In this document: positions 39,758 to 51,505 of the stretch, piece by piece | Layout of the letters: every line of letters begins with the position of its first letter | Position numbering within the stretch: position 1 is the stretch's first letter | Source: Octopus sinensis | Taxonomy: Eukaryota | Reading direction: 5' to 3' | Assembly: GCF_006345805.1 (NCBI RefSeq) | Contig: NC_042998.1 | Location: forward strand, 125,922,001 to 125,986,000 | DNA: 64,000 nucleotides | Translations under genes and position numbers: made by a program | Notes under the pieces: model-generated | What the model saw: the letters and a program-made list of their open reading frames with translations, nothing else | The model's database searches: none | Told to the model about the DNA's origin: nothing

Positions 39758-40536
39758 TATAAGATTAATTTAATATAGTTAGTCTAAGGTTGATAACGCC
39801 TACGCCGTAGAAAGTATACAGATGTAAACGCATCTTGTTATTCTCTTCGCTCCCTAGAAAATAAAAGAAAATTATCCTTTCATGTTTCATGACTGGTTGG
39901 CCATACTTCAGAGGATAAAGTCACTCTCACCCTTTTACTCACGGATAAAACTTGATAGGAATCTCTATTTAAGCCAAACGCATTCCAGAAGCTATGCTAG
40001 TTTGCTTCCGTGTATTAGTCCTTTGTTTATTTTCCACAGCGTAGACATTATAAAGTGCAGGCTGACTAAACTAAGTTTATTTTATATCTTCTAATACACA
40101 CTGACTGTGCAAATAATATTCATTAATTATATAATCATGCCACCGACAACTACTTCAAAAAAGATCATGTCACAATTCTTCTTTCCAAAACGATATATTT
40201 TAAAAAAATACTAGGAGTGGCTGCTATTATTGGAGTTACCACTCTTACATACCGTTTATAAATAGTTGCATACAGTTCATAAATAGCCAACAACTCTTGA
40301 GGGATTTTTTTTTTGTTTTCTAACTGCAAGGAGAATCTCAGTTAATTGAAGTTTTTTTTTTTTTTTTACGTATGCTTGTTTCTATTGTGGCTCCCTGCAC
40401 ACATACGCATATACACATGACAGAGATTTAAAGTAAAACAAATTATTAAAGTGCATTGTGTTTTTAGTTTCTCTCTCTCTCTCCCTCTCGCTTTCTCTGT
40501 CTTTATGTATATGCATATGTATTAAGTATATGTATA

Positions 40537-43129
40537 ATGGAAATCAGTGACGCCGGAGATGGGAGCGGAACCCAGAGGCGGACGCGCAGACACGACCACA
40601 TGTTGGACAAGTAACAGCAGAAGTAGGGTTGGGGATCCTCTCTTTTCGGGCTTGTCGCTTCTGCTCCAGGCTCTTGAGGCGCTTTTCCTCGAACAGCCTA
40701 ACACCCTTTTGGACAGCTGGACGCCAGGCCCCGCGGTCAGAGGCAAGCGATTCCCAGCCACGGGCCGAAATGTTGCAAGTCTCAAGGGAAGTTATCAGGC
40801 TGTCCTTGTATCACCTCATTGGCCTTCCAGGGTTTCTTGCTCCAGAAGCCAGCTCAGAGAAGATCATCTTTGGTAGAGGCGCGTCGTCCATTCGGACTAC
40901 ATGTCCGACCCACCGGAGCTGGGCCTTCATGATGAGGGCTTCGATCCCGGGCATTTCGGCTCTGCGAAGCACCTCAGTGTTGGAGACTCTGTCCTTCCAG
41001 GAACTTTCCATGATTCGTCGCAAGAAACGGAGGTGGAACTGGTCAAGTACTCGCATTTGCCTCCTATACAGCGTCCACGTCCCACAGCTGTAGAGCAGAG
41101 AGGTGATGACGACTGCCCTATGGACTGCCAGCTTGGTGGAATGTCTGATGCCTCGTTCGGCCAACACACGTGTCCAAAGTCTGCCAAACGAAGCTCCTGC
41201 TTTTGCAAGCCTCATAGAGACATCTTTGTCCATGCTGCAGTTTGAGGACAAGCAGCTTCCCAGGTATGTAAATCTCTCCACGTTGTTCAGAGTTGTACCC
41301 TCAATCTCAATCTGAGTCTCAGGAGGTCAGTCCGAGTGCAGGCTGAAGCATCACTTCAGTTTTTCTCAGGCTAATGGTTAGTCCGAAGGCTTTTGCTGCT
41401 TCTGAGAGACAAGTGACAAGTTCTTGCAGGTCTGGTTCATTCAATACTGCAAGCGCACAATCGTCTGTAAGCCGGAAGTCTCTCACTAGGGCGTCCAGGA
41501 CTTTGGTTTTTGCCTTCAGACGTCTGAGGTCAAAGAATCGGCCGTCACATCTGTAGCGAAGAGTGACACCAGCATCAGACTTTGACAGGGTGTGGAAGAG
41601 CATAGTGGAAAACATGAGGTTGAAGAGTGTGGGAGCCATCACGCAGCCTTGCTTCACGCCATTGAAGATCGGGAATGCGTCAGAGACATCTCCGTTTTCC
41701 TCGATGCGAGACATCATACCATCATGAAATGACTGGATGATCCTGGCGAGTTTTAGTGGGCAGCCTATCTTGGACAAGATATCCCACAGGCCCTCTCGGC
41801 TGACAGTGTCAAAAGCCTTCGTCAGGTCCACGAAGAGGATGTAGAGATTCTGGTTTTGTTCTTGGCACTTCTCTTGTATCTGCCGTACTGCAAAGACCAT
41901 GTCTATTGTCCCCCTGTTGTTCCTAAATCCACGTTGGCTCTCTGAGACCACGTAGTCCAGTAGGTGGTGTGTGGTGCGGTTCAGAAAAACACGGGCCATG
42001 ATCTTTTCTGCGATGCTCAGAAATGAGATGCCTCTGTGGTTGTCATATGAAGCTCTGTTCCCCTTGTTCTTGTACAGATGCACGATGTTGGCATTCTTGA
42101 AGTCCTGCGGCACTGACCCTTCGTCCATAACTACTGTATCAGCTCAGTCAACTTGATGGCAACAAATTCCCCTCCCTCTTTGAAGATTTCTGGGGCTATT
42201 CCGTCAAAACCAGGTGCTTTCCCCACATGTTGTTGCTTGATGGCCTTCTAGATTTCTGCCAGTGTTAGGGGGTCATCAAGCGACACCAGGATTGGGCGCT
42301 GTGGCATGTCTTGGATGACCTGTTGGTCAATATGGGAAGGTCTGTTTAGCAGCTGACTGAAGTGTTCACTCCAGCGTTGTATGATGTCGCTCTTTTCATT
42401 AAGCAGGGTTCCATCGGCAGAGCGCACAGGTGCCATTGCATTTAGCGTGGGGCCATACACATTTTTCAGGCTGACAAAGAACTTCTTGGAGTTGTGCTCG
42501 TCTGCATGCTGCTGTAGTTCTGCAGCCTTGTTTTCCCACCACTTGTCTTTCATCTGTCGCAGCTCAGTCTGCGCCTTTTCTCTGATGTTTTTGGGGCGGT
42601 CGTGCTTGGCTTGGGAGTCTTTGTCTTTGAGCCAGGCTGTGAAGGTTTCTTTCTTCTCCTTGAGGAGGATAGTGATCTCCTTGTTGTTGTCAAACCAGTG
42701 TTGGTGTTTCCGTTTTTTGTGGCCAAGGGTAAGGCTGGCAAAGTCATACACTGCATCCCGGAAGTTGGCCCAGGCCTTCTCAGGGTTTCCCTCTGCTGGC
42801 AGATGTTCAAGCTGGTTCGCAAGGTTGGCAATGAGGGTCTCTTTTGTTTTTGGTTCATTGAGTTTCTGGACGTTTCTTTTTAACATCAGCTTTCTGGCGT
42901 CTGTGTCTGCTGATGATGGAAAAGGACAGACTGCACCTCAACAGCAGGTGATCTGACCAGCAGTCAGCTCCCCTCATTGCCCTAGTGATGCGAACATCAG
43001 GGTGTTCAGCAAGCACCCACCTCACCAAGCAAGCCTGGTGGGGTTGCCAGTTTAGTTACCGACGACCCGACCATGGAACAGGTTGTACTGGGCTACATGG
43101 TACCAGTAGCACTCGAGAGCGACCTGACA
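40537..43129 (-). mobile_element. RTE-clade LINE, inactive, with a perfect 14-bp TSD
   Basis: Minus-strand pieces read: EN end (RAMRGADCWSDH), linker, KAPGFDGI, RT (HRGISFLS, FVDLTKAFDTVSR, GVKQGCVMAPTLF, LTDD in place of FADD), FTYLGS, LRWVGHVVRM and C-terminal CPTCGRVCASASGFRSHLRRH* (stop 40544-40546). Several stops and frameshifts are present. TAAGTATATGTATA occurs at 40523-40536 and 43130-43143. Confidence 0.95.
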
Positions 43130-43251
43130 TAAGTATATGTATACACAGATACACATACATACATACATACATACATACATACATACATACATACATACAT
43201 ACATACATACACAGACACACACATACATACGTATGTATGTGTGTATGTGTG

Positions 43252-43282
<31 letters not shown>

Positions 43283-43307
43283 ATATGTATGTATGCATGT
43301 ATGCATG

Positions 43308-43367
<60 letters not shown>

Positions 43368-44549
43368 TATATATATATGTGTATATGTATGTATTTTTGC
43401 AATGAAAATTCACAGAAATTTAGGCAAAGTAAAGTATACGATTTCAGGGGCTAGGAGAACGATTATTGATTCGCTGGCAAATACTGAACTAGGAAAGTTA
43501 AGCACAAAACCTTTGATATAATCATTGGGTCGAGTGACGAGGCACAAGTTCCTGAGGTGGTGAGTATTCATATTTTACACTGCATAAAAGCGTTCCCGGA
43601 AATGAGGGTGGTTTTCACAAAGGTGACCGCCTGCATTTCCCTTTCTATAAATATAGAAACTAATAGTAGAGAGAAATAGGAGGAAAGATCCATTGTTCAC
43701 ATCTATCTAATATAAGTTATTTAAATTTTCTTATAAAAATACTGCATAAACAACTTATGTAGGTTCAACTAAGATTAATGCTTGTGTCCTCTTCTTGTGG
43801 ATTCTCTCTCTCCCTATTTTAATTCTCTCTTATGTAACATACCGATTACTTATTCCGTAACTAATCTTTCACCTAATCCTTAACCTATTGCACTTAATTT
43901 AATTCCATTTAACTGTAGTGACCCTAATATTATCTAGAATCAATTATAGAGGTACAATAATTTATATTTATTCATTCGAAGTTACTTTCAAATCTCTTTT
44001 CTGTGTCTTCTTCTCCTCTTACTACACCCCCATTACAGCCACTTTGTGATCATAGTAGTAAATATATCTCGGTATCCAATATCTTGGTGATTTTGCTTCA
44101 AAAACTTTCTTCCCTCTCTATTCATTGTACAAGCATACAATTAAACTTGAGGACTGTGGCATTTGCGAGTTCATACCAATTCAAATATAATAATCTGATA
44201 TGCCTATTATTTACAACCTCCAGCTACTTAATTATCTTGGATGGGGAATACTTGATGTTTATAACTCTGATAATCTTAAACACGACATGCTTGTTGAAAA
44301 TTCTAAGAATTTACTATAACTTTAAGGTCTAATGAGAATTGCAGAAGGCAAATAATTTCATTAATTGATTCTTAAATTAATTCACTAATTAAGTGCGGTA
44401 GGGATTCCTTCTGATTTATATCTCGTAAGGATAGATCTGAGGGTTTAAAGTATGCAGAATGCAACCGTTTTCACTTGACATTCTGTTAGCCAAGTTTTTC
44501 GCATGGATTATTCAGTTTCTCTCATTTCATACACACACACACACACACA

Positions 44550-44640
<91 letters not shown>

Positions 44641-44645
44641 TGTAT

Positions 44646-44679
<34 letters not shown>

Positions 44680-44680
<1 letters not shown>

Positions 44681-44935
44681 ATGTGACCGAATAGCCCATC
44701 AGATGTTACCCATCTCTGGTCACAATGCGCTTTGCATCGGTTTATCCTACGAATGACACGACTTAGCAGGCTAGGGAAGTAGGTCAACGTTCCCCACCTC
44801 TGATTGAAAGTTGGACTGGAACAATGTGAAATGAAGTGTTTTGCTCAAGAACGCAACGCGCTGTCTGGTCTGGGAATTGAACCTGCGATCTAGCGATTGT
44901 GGGTGTAACAGCCTAACCACTAGACCATACGCCTG
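44680..44935 (-). mobile_element. tRNA-derived SINE, family C (related copies ~4385-4575 -, ~11478-11700 -, ~27750-28030 +, ~35330-35520 -)
   Basis: A-box TGGTCTAGTGG, B-box GGTTCAATTCCC and a CORE-like TTCTTGAGCAAAACACTT. The 4.4 and 11.6 kb copies share GTGACACAGAATGTGACAAGGCTGACCCTTTGAAATACAGATACAACTCA. Confidence 0.75.
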
Positions 44936-44946
44936 CATTATGTATA

Positions 44947-44977
<31 letters not shown>

Positions 44978-45233
44978 TGTGTGTGTGTGTTGTGTGTGTG
45001 TGTGTGTGTGTGTGAGTGTGTGTGTGTGAGTGTGTGTGTGAGTGTGTGTGTGTGAGTGTGTGTGTGTGAGTGTGTGTGTGTGTGTGTGAATAGATATATA
45101 TTATATAGGACAGTATATTCTCTTGTACAGACGTACAAACGAATTGAACCTGCGATCTAGCGATTGTGGGTGTAACACCCTAACCACTAGACCATGCGCC
45201 TGCATTATGTATATGTCTGTTTGTGTGTGTGTG

Positions 45234-45291
<58 letters not shown>

Positions 45292-45477
45292 TGTGAATAG
45301 ATATATATTATATAGGACAGCATATTCTCTTGTACAGACGTACAGACGAATTGAACCTGCGATCTAGCGATTGTGGGTGTAACAGCCTAACCACCAGACC
45401 ATGCGCCTGCATTATGTGTATGTCTGTTTGTGCGTGTGTGTGTATGTTTGTGTGTGTGTGTGTGTGGTGTGTGTGTG

Positions 45478-45533
<56 letters not shown>
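44874..45533. repeat. Tandem triplication of a SINE head plus (TG)n
   Basis: Units start at 44874, 45141 and 45348 with GAATTGAACCTGCGATCTAGCGATTGTGGGTGTAAC. Confidence 0.95.
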
Positions 45534-45535
<2 letters not shown>

Positions 45536-45986
45536 ATTCCAATATTTTCTTTTTATGCAGAACGATATAGTGCGATTTGAAAAAGATTCGGCTGCTAACT
45601 CTAGCAGAGAGCAATTATATAATGACTCCGTCGTTCGCTCGTACGATTAATATTGGTGGTGGCAGTGGTACTGGTGAGTTGTGGCTGCTGTGATGCAGAT
45701 GGTGATGATGTTACTATTGTTGTAAGTATTAAGTCCCCCAATCAAAACATTGCCACCGTCAAATGATGTTTTAACCAAATGAAACGTTCATCTTCTGAAA
45801 TAAATAATAGTTGCATATTTAAATATTGGCTTAGTAGGTGGAGAAACATTAGATCTGAAGCTATGACATGACGTCCGCGGCTTTCCCAAGAGTGGGATTT
45901 ATAATTGGTATCTTAACTAAAACAATTCCCAGCAGGGAATTGCAGATTTGCCACCGGGTTCGTATAGCCATATTGTCAAAATAATA

Positions 45987-46044
<58 letters not shown>

Positions 46045-47321
46045 CGTCTTGTTTTAAAAATGTTTACACTTGTGATTGTTGAAGTGGTCGTGTAGGATAT
46101 TTGTATGTGGTATGTTAACGTTGTTGGGTTTTTTAACCCAAAATCAAGGGTTTAATTAGACTTATAATCAAAAGGGTTCCTGCCAGGACCATACTGTATG
46201 CTGTTGCGAGCATAGTGTACCAATGACTACGTTGCGCAATGAGTTCTTTCCATTTTTTAAAATGGCGAGATTTTAGGGAGATTTGGTAGCAATTTCTTCA
46301 ACAGGTCTACTGGGGGATACCTCGCTGGTGTTCCATGTTTATGTTGAGTGTAATGTACTTTTTATTTTGTATTTTGTATTTTGTATTTTGTTCTTTTGTG
46401 ATTTGGGTAAGAAGAGAAATGATAAATTTGGTAGCAGCTTATTTTGTGTAACTGTTTATAGTTAGCTTTCTATGTGACTGATGTAGGGTTGGAGCACAGA
46501 TATTCCTAGGGAATTACAATGTTCTACATAGAAAATTACATTTATATTTTATGGGAGTCTAGGGAAAGTTAAACAGTGTGTGTGAGAGGATAAATCCTTG
46601 AGGTGTTCAATTCACGAAATATCGAAATCTATATATGTATTATACTTAAATTAGTATATTGTTCTACGGATATGTTTAATATTCTGTTTATAAGTATATA
46701 ATCAAGAAAGGAACCAAGATAATTGTTAATATTAATGGGTGTTAGAAATAATAAGTGCATATTTTTTATGCTATTGAAGCTGTTACGTATTCTTTTATTA
46801 ATGTTTGTAGCGGGTGAGTAATCTAAATCCATGCTGTGAGTCTGAAAGAAAAGACTGGATTGACGATGTCAAGGATGACTCTTTCTAGGATTTGTAGAAT
46901 TGTTGTAAAACAGCAGTAATTGTATTCACTTCAATAGACGTCATTGATTGGTTGAAATTGCCGAAATACGAGAAATTTAACAACAAATAGCTTACAAACT
47001 ACGGAATTTTCTCAAGAACGCTTAGAGAAAAAGATGTTTTATGTGACACATTCTACCAGTATATGAAGTTTAAAAGTGTTTAGTTACAAAAATTATTTTT
47101 TAAATCTGCCGGTCAAAGTGAAAAGATCCCATAATTCCTCATCTCTTAAATATAGAACTGAAATGCCTTTTATCATCGGTTATGGCTGACCTAAGACTAA
47201 ACAACAGCAACAACGACAGTGAACTATACTATCCAGATCAAAAACATAGAAATTGGTGAATATGACCATTGTGAAAGTTAAGTGTTGGACATGGATTTAC
47301 TGTATTTTTTGGTAATATATT

Positions 47322-47546
47322 TCTTTACTGCTCACAAGGGGCTAAACATAGAGGGGGCAAACAAGGACAGACAAAGGGATTAAGTCGATTACATTGACCC
47401 CAGTGCGAAACTGGTACCTTATTTATCGCCCCCGAAAGGATGAAAGGCAAAGTCGACCTCGGCGGAATTTGAACTCAGAACGTAACGACAGACGAAATAC
47501 CGCTAAGCATTTCGCCCGGCGCGCTAACGTTTCTGCCAGCTCGCCA
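47322..47546 (-). mobile_element. SINE family A, long-tail variant
   Basis: Near-identical to the reverse complement of 37324-37557. Confidence 0.9.
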
Positions 47547-47640
47547 AACTCTTAGTCGTTGTACTTTATGGATTCAACCATTTCCCAAACAATTAAAACA
47601 AATATCATCAATCATCTAAATAACGCTTCTTTACGAAGTA

Positions 47641-47699
47641 CAGTAATCCCTCGCCATATCGCGGAGAACGTAACACCCGCGATAGTCGAGGGATCACTG
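47641..47699. mobile_element. 59-bp Tigger/pogo-like mini-MITE
   Basis: TA-CAGTAATCCCTCG..TATCGCG ... CGCGATA..CGAGGGATCACTG, which is essentially two TIRs. Confidence 0.55.
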
Positions 47700-47779
47700 C
47701 ATTGTGCATCTGTATTTCTATCTTCTTAGTGAGAGCTTTAGTGATTGATTTGAGAAATGTGTTTGAGAAGATAGTTTGC

Positions 47780-48160
47780 TTACTGCTGGAGTATATTACT
47801 TGAGGTTATTATGACATGTGGTAAGGTATAACCGTTGTTTTAGTTGATATGTTTTACTATAGTGTTTTATTGCTTGTTTTAAATATTTTATGAGATGCAA
47901 ATAATGTTTGCCAGTTTCCTCTTTGCTTTGGTTTATTTATTTGATATTTTGATTCTGGGATTTATTTTCATGGTTTGAGGTGGTGGCGTGTTTTATTTTG
48001 CCTAAGTTGGATGTTTCATATGTGGAGCTGTACAGTTTCTTTTTAATTCTATTTATCTATTTGTTTTATGTGTTGTAGGAAAGGATTTGGAGGAACTCTT
48101 ACAGTTATATCGCTGTGTTTATGTATCTATGTTGGGTGTTAAAATGTGTGTGTAGAATGT
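47780..48160 (-). mobile_element. Possible very degenerate Penelope-like (GIY-YIG region) relic
   Basis: The minus strand has A-rich, LINE-like composition and a weak resemblance (TSNLGKIK..SNH); no intact motif. Confidence 0.25.
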
Positions 48161-48169
48161 TAACATATT

Positions 48170-48345
48170 TTATAGCGGTGAGCTTAGCGGCATTTCATCC
48201 ATCCTTACGTTCTGAGCTGAAATTTCAAGGAGGTCGACTTTGTCTTTCATCCTTTCAGAGTCGATTAAATAAGTACCAGTTACGAACTGGGGTCGAGGTA
48301 ATCGACTTACAACCTCCAGTCTTGTGCCTATTGTAGAAAAGATTA
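48170..48345 (+). mobile_element. SINE family A (further degenerate copies at ~55095-55320)
   Basis: Core GGTCGACTTTGTCTTTCATCCTTTC. Confidence 0.75.
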
Positions 48346-48580
48346 TGCTAACACGTTTCGTATTAGTGATTTTTATATTTAATTTTTACTTTTCTTGTGT
48401 TAATCTAATGTATTGCTTTGTCGATTCCTCTGTGGTGTTGCTTTGCATTTATAATAAAATAAATATATACAAATCATAAAAATAATTTTAAAAATATACA
48501 GTGCAGTACACCTATCGCAGTGGGCTTTGGAACGTAACACCCACGGTAGTCGAGAGATTACCTTATTGTGCATCTGGTAT

Positions 48581-48978
48581 CAGGGATGTGCTGTCTAGAT
48601 AGGCAAGGTAGGCAGTGCCTACCTCGGATAAAATAGATCGATAGCAATATTTTCTTTTCATTGCAAAATATTCACCTAATTCAATAAAATCATGAGGGTT
48701 ACTCTGAATACTATGTATAAAATGCAAAATATTTTTAATAGATTAGGCAGACATAATTCGCCCCGCTTTTCAACCTCAGTATTTAAGCTACGCATATTAC
48801 TACTGTAGTACACCTGCCGCGTACATTCCTACAACAGCGTTTTCTTTGCGTGCTATAAATGCAGAAGTAATTCTGCCTACAACTCAGTCACGCGCTTGTT
48901 TCGCTTATTTTTTGTGTATTTTACTACTTAAAGGTCACCAATTGCCTACCCTGAGTAATTACTGACGGCACGTGCCTG
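48581..48978. mobile_element. hAT-like MITE nested in a duplicated segment
   Basis: Imperfect TIRs CAGGGATGTGCTGTC / GACGGCACGTGCCTG. The degenerate TSD ATCTGGTAT / ACCTGTAT corresponds to a single ATCTGTAT in the uninterrupted copy near 47709. Confidence 0.65.
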
Positions 48979-49612
48979 ACCTGTATTTCTATCTCCTTAG
49001 AAAGAGCTTTACTGATTGATTTGAGTGTTCAAGTATTGTTTGGAGTCTCCGTGTAACGGATGCATATTATCTTAATTATAAGATCTCAATTATAGTTTTA
49101 CCTATTATACATTATGAAGGATAATGTATAGGATTTAGGGATTTATTATGGGTTCAGGTGTTGGTTTCTTTATAGTAAAGTTGTGGGTTCGCTTCATGGA
49201 CTAGGTTTCTGCATTGAGTCCTTGTGCAAGGTACCTTATTTCATGTTGCTACGATAGCAGTGGGCGGGAGGTAACTTTGCGACAAACTGATATACCGTGT
49301 AGAGGGGAAATCCTGATTGTTAAGATCTTGAGCACCCCGATCCTATCTTGATAGGACCTATTACTTCTGTATGGGCGACTTGTGTGCCGGATTTTTAATT
49401 TGTCTTAAACTATAGTATTACGTTTTTTGCTCCACGTCTGTTCGTTATTTCGTTATATGTGTGCGTGTAGGCGCATGTGTGTTAGTTTGTGTGAGTATGT
49501 GGTGTGTGTGTGTGTGTGTGGGTGGGTGTGTGTGTGTCTTGTCTTTGTCACACCCCCTAGTATATGGCGTCCCGGGCGACTTCCCGAGTTGCCGGTACCT
49601 TGTGTCGGTCCT

Positions 49613-49654
<42 letters not shown>

Positions 49655-49794
49655 TAGACTTTTGGATTCTCCTGTCGTAAACGACAAATGAAGGTTTTGC
49701 GACTTATTGCTGAACAACCAACACAGATGACTTGTTTATGGTAACCGAGTCGCAGAACAACTTGAAGTGTTTTGCACGAAAACACAACGCAGCA

Positions 49795-50386
49795 TCCAAG
49801 AAAGCGGCAGGAATCTGCAGAAAGATATGTGTTGTGTACGGAGAATCTGTTGTTACGGAATGCGTGCGCCAGAAGTGCCTTTCAAGATTTCGATCGGTAA
49901 ATTTTTCGATTCAAGGTGCACCTCGCTCTGGCCGGCCAACTGAGATTAATAACGACAAAATGGAGTTTGTTGACACCAACCCCCTTTATACACTAGAAGT
50001 GTCCAGCACTTACTAATCGTAAGTGTATCTTTCATCACGACAATGCCAGAACGTGGCAGAAGTTACTGGGGCTTGGCCAAGTTTTGTCGCACCCTCCATA
50101 TTCACCCGATCTTGCGCCTTCTAATTTCCACATGCTTCGGTCTCTTCAGAATTCATTGAACAGACAATCCTTCAACATCGAAGAAGGTGTAAAAATTTAC
50201 CTTGAAGAGTTTTCCACCAGTAAAAACAGGACATTCTTTGAGCAGGGAATAATAGATCTACTCACAAGATGTCAGAAAGTACTCAAAGCGGTACTTATAC
50301 CATTGATTGAATAAATCGCTTTGTGTTTAAAATTTGTATCTTATCTTCGCTAAAAAATAAAATTGAACGGATTTGTTGGCCAACTA
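49795..50386 (+). mobile_element. Internally deleted mariner (Tc1/mariner) transposon relic
   Basis: An HTH region (VYGESVVTE..RFRS.NFS....PRSGRP) is joined almost directly to FHHDNA (50030) and HPPYSPDLAPS. A TIR-like right end ends in TA at 50385-50386; no left TIR is seen. Confidence 0.88.
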
Positions 50387-50949
50387 TGTATGTATGTATG
50401 TATGTATGTATGTATGTATGTATGTATGTATGTATGTATGTATGTATGTATGTATGTGTGTGTGTATGTATGTATGTATGTATGTATGTACATCTCAACA
50501 TGTTTTATAACTCCCATCTGTATGATTCGCTTTGTAGTAGTAGTAGTGGTGGTGGTGGTGGTGGTGGTGGTGGTGGTAGTGGTAGTAGTAGTAGTAGTAG
50601 TAGTAGTAGTAAGCGGCAGTAATAGCATGAGGTGTAGGGTGGATGATAAGGGAAACAAGAAAGGGAAGGTAAAGTGGGGGAGAAGAGTATGGGAGTCGAT
50701 GGGTTAAGGAAACTAGAAGGTAAAGGAGGCGGAAGGGGTAACAGGAACGAGTTAAAATTCTTTACAGATGTTTCCGAAAATGCTGAAGAATTTGATAAGG
50801 TGACACTGTTTGGGTGTGACGAGAACAACATTTGTGCTGAAGACGTCACTTTACGTCATCATCTCAGTTGATTTGTTTGAATCCTAACGTGAGATAGTTA
50901 TGTCACGTGTCACAGATTATCGTATCTTTGAGAGGAGAATGTCATAGAA

Positions 50950-51505
50950 CAGTGGTTTTCAACAGGGCTCCATATGACGCCCCCTCCCCGAGAGTCCATA
51001 TAAGATTTTGGGTCGTCCACGCAACAAAATAGTAAACTATCCACAATAGTATACGCCGTTCAAGAATTTGGACCTGTAGATCTCCATTTCCAGCGACTTC
51101 GAAGGCAACCTTCCAGTGGTGTCGGGCGTCAACGAAGAGCCCTCGACTACAACAAGACGACCAAAGTTTTTTTTCCAAGGTCTGGGGTCTCCCGCCCCTA
51201 AGCCCTAGACCATCACCTAATCACCCTTACCCGTCTTGTTGCTTAACAACAACAACAATAGTATACTATCCGCAATAATATTTTAAGGCCCCCTGAAAAC
51301 TTATGCTTTAAATGTATGTATTGGTATGCAAGGTTTCTTTCTCATTTTACATAGTTCAAGTGAGTGTATGAAAAACAGAATAGGGATTTTGAAAGAAGTA
51401 TCTATACAACTAGTCTTTAGACAGCGAATGCCTATGGGGGTCCACCGGAATAAAATAATAATCAAAGGGTTCCATAAATAAAAAAAAAATGGATGAGAAC
51501 CCCTG
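50950..51505. mobile_element. Non-autonomous hAT (Charlie/MER5-like) MITE
   Basis: Imperfect TIRs CAGTGGTTTTCAAC / GATGAGAACCCCTG. A perfect 8-bp TSD TCATAGAA lies at 50942-50949 and 51506-51513. Confidence 0.9.

Noticed and set aside
44874-44935. tRNA gene calls for SINE heads with A/B boxes
   Set aside because: They lack a full cloverleaf and run into SINE core sequence.
46855-46885. WIDDVK as the second half of the SRCR domain
   Set aside because: There is no following Cys-x-Gly, a stop follows within a few codons, and no acceptor is present.
50770-50801. Possible + strand micro-exon after TTCTTTACAG (xVSENAEEFDK)
   Set aside because: The donor is weak (GTGACA) and the peptide cannot continue the SRCR domain.
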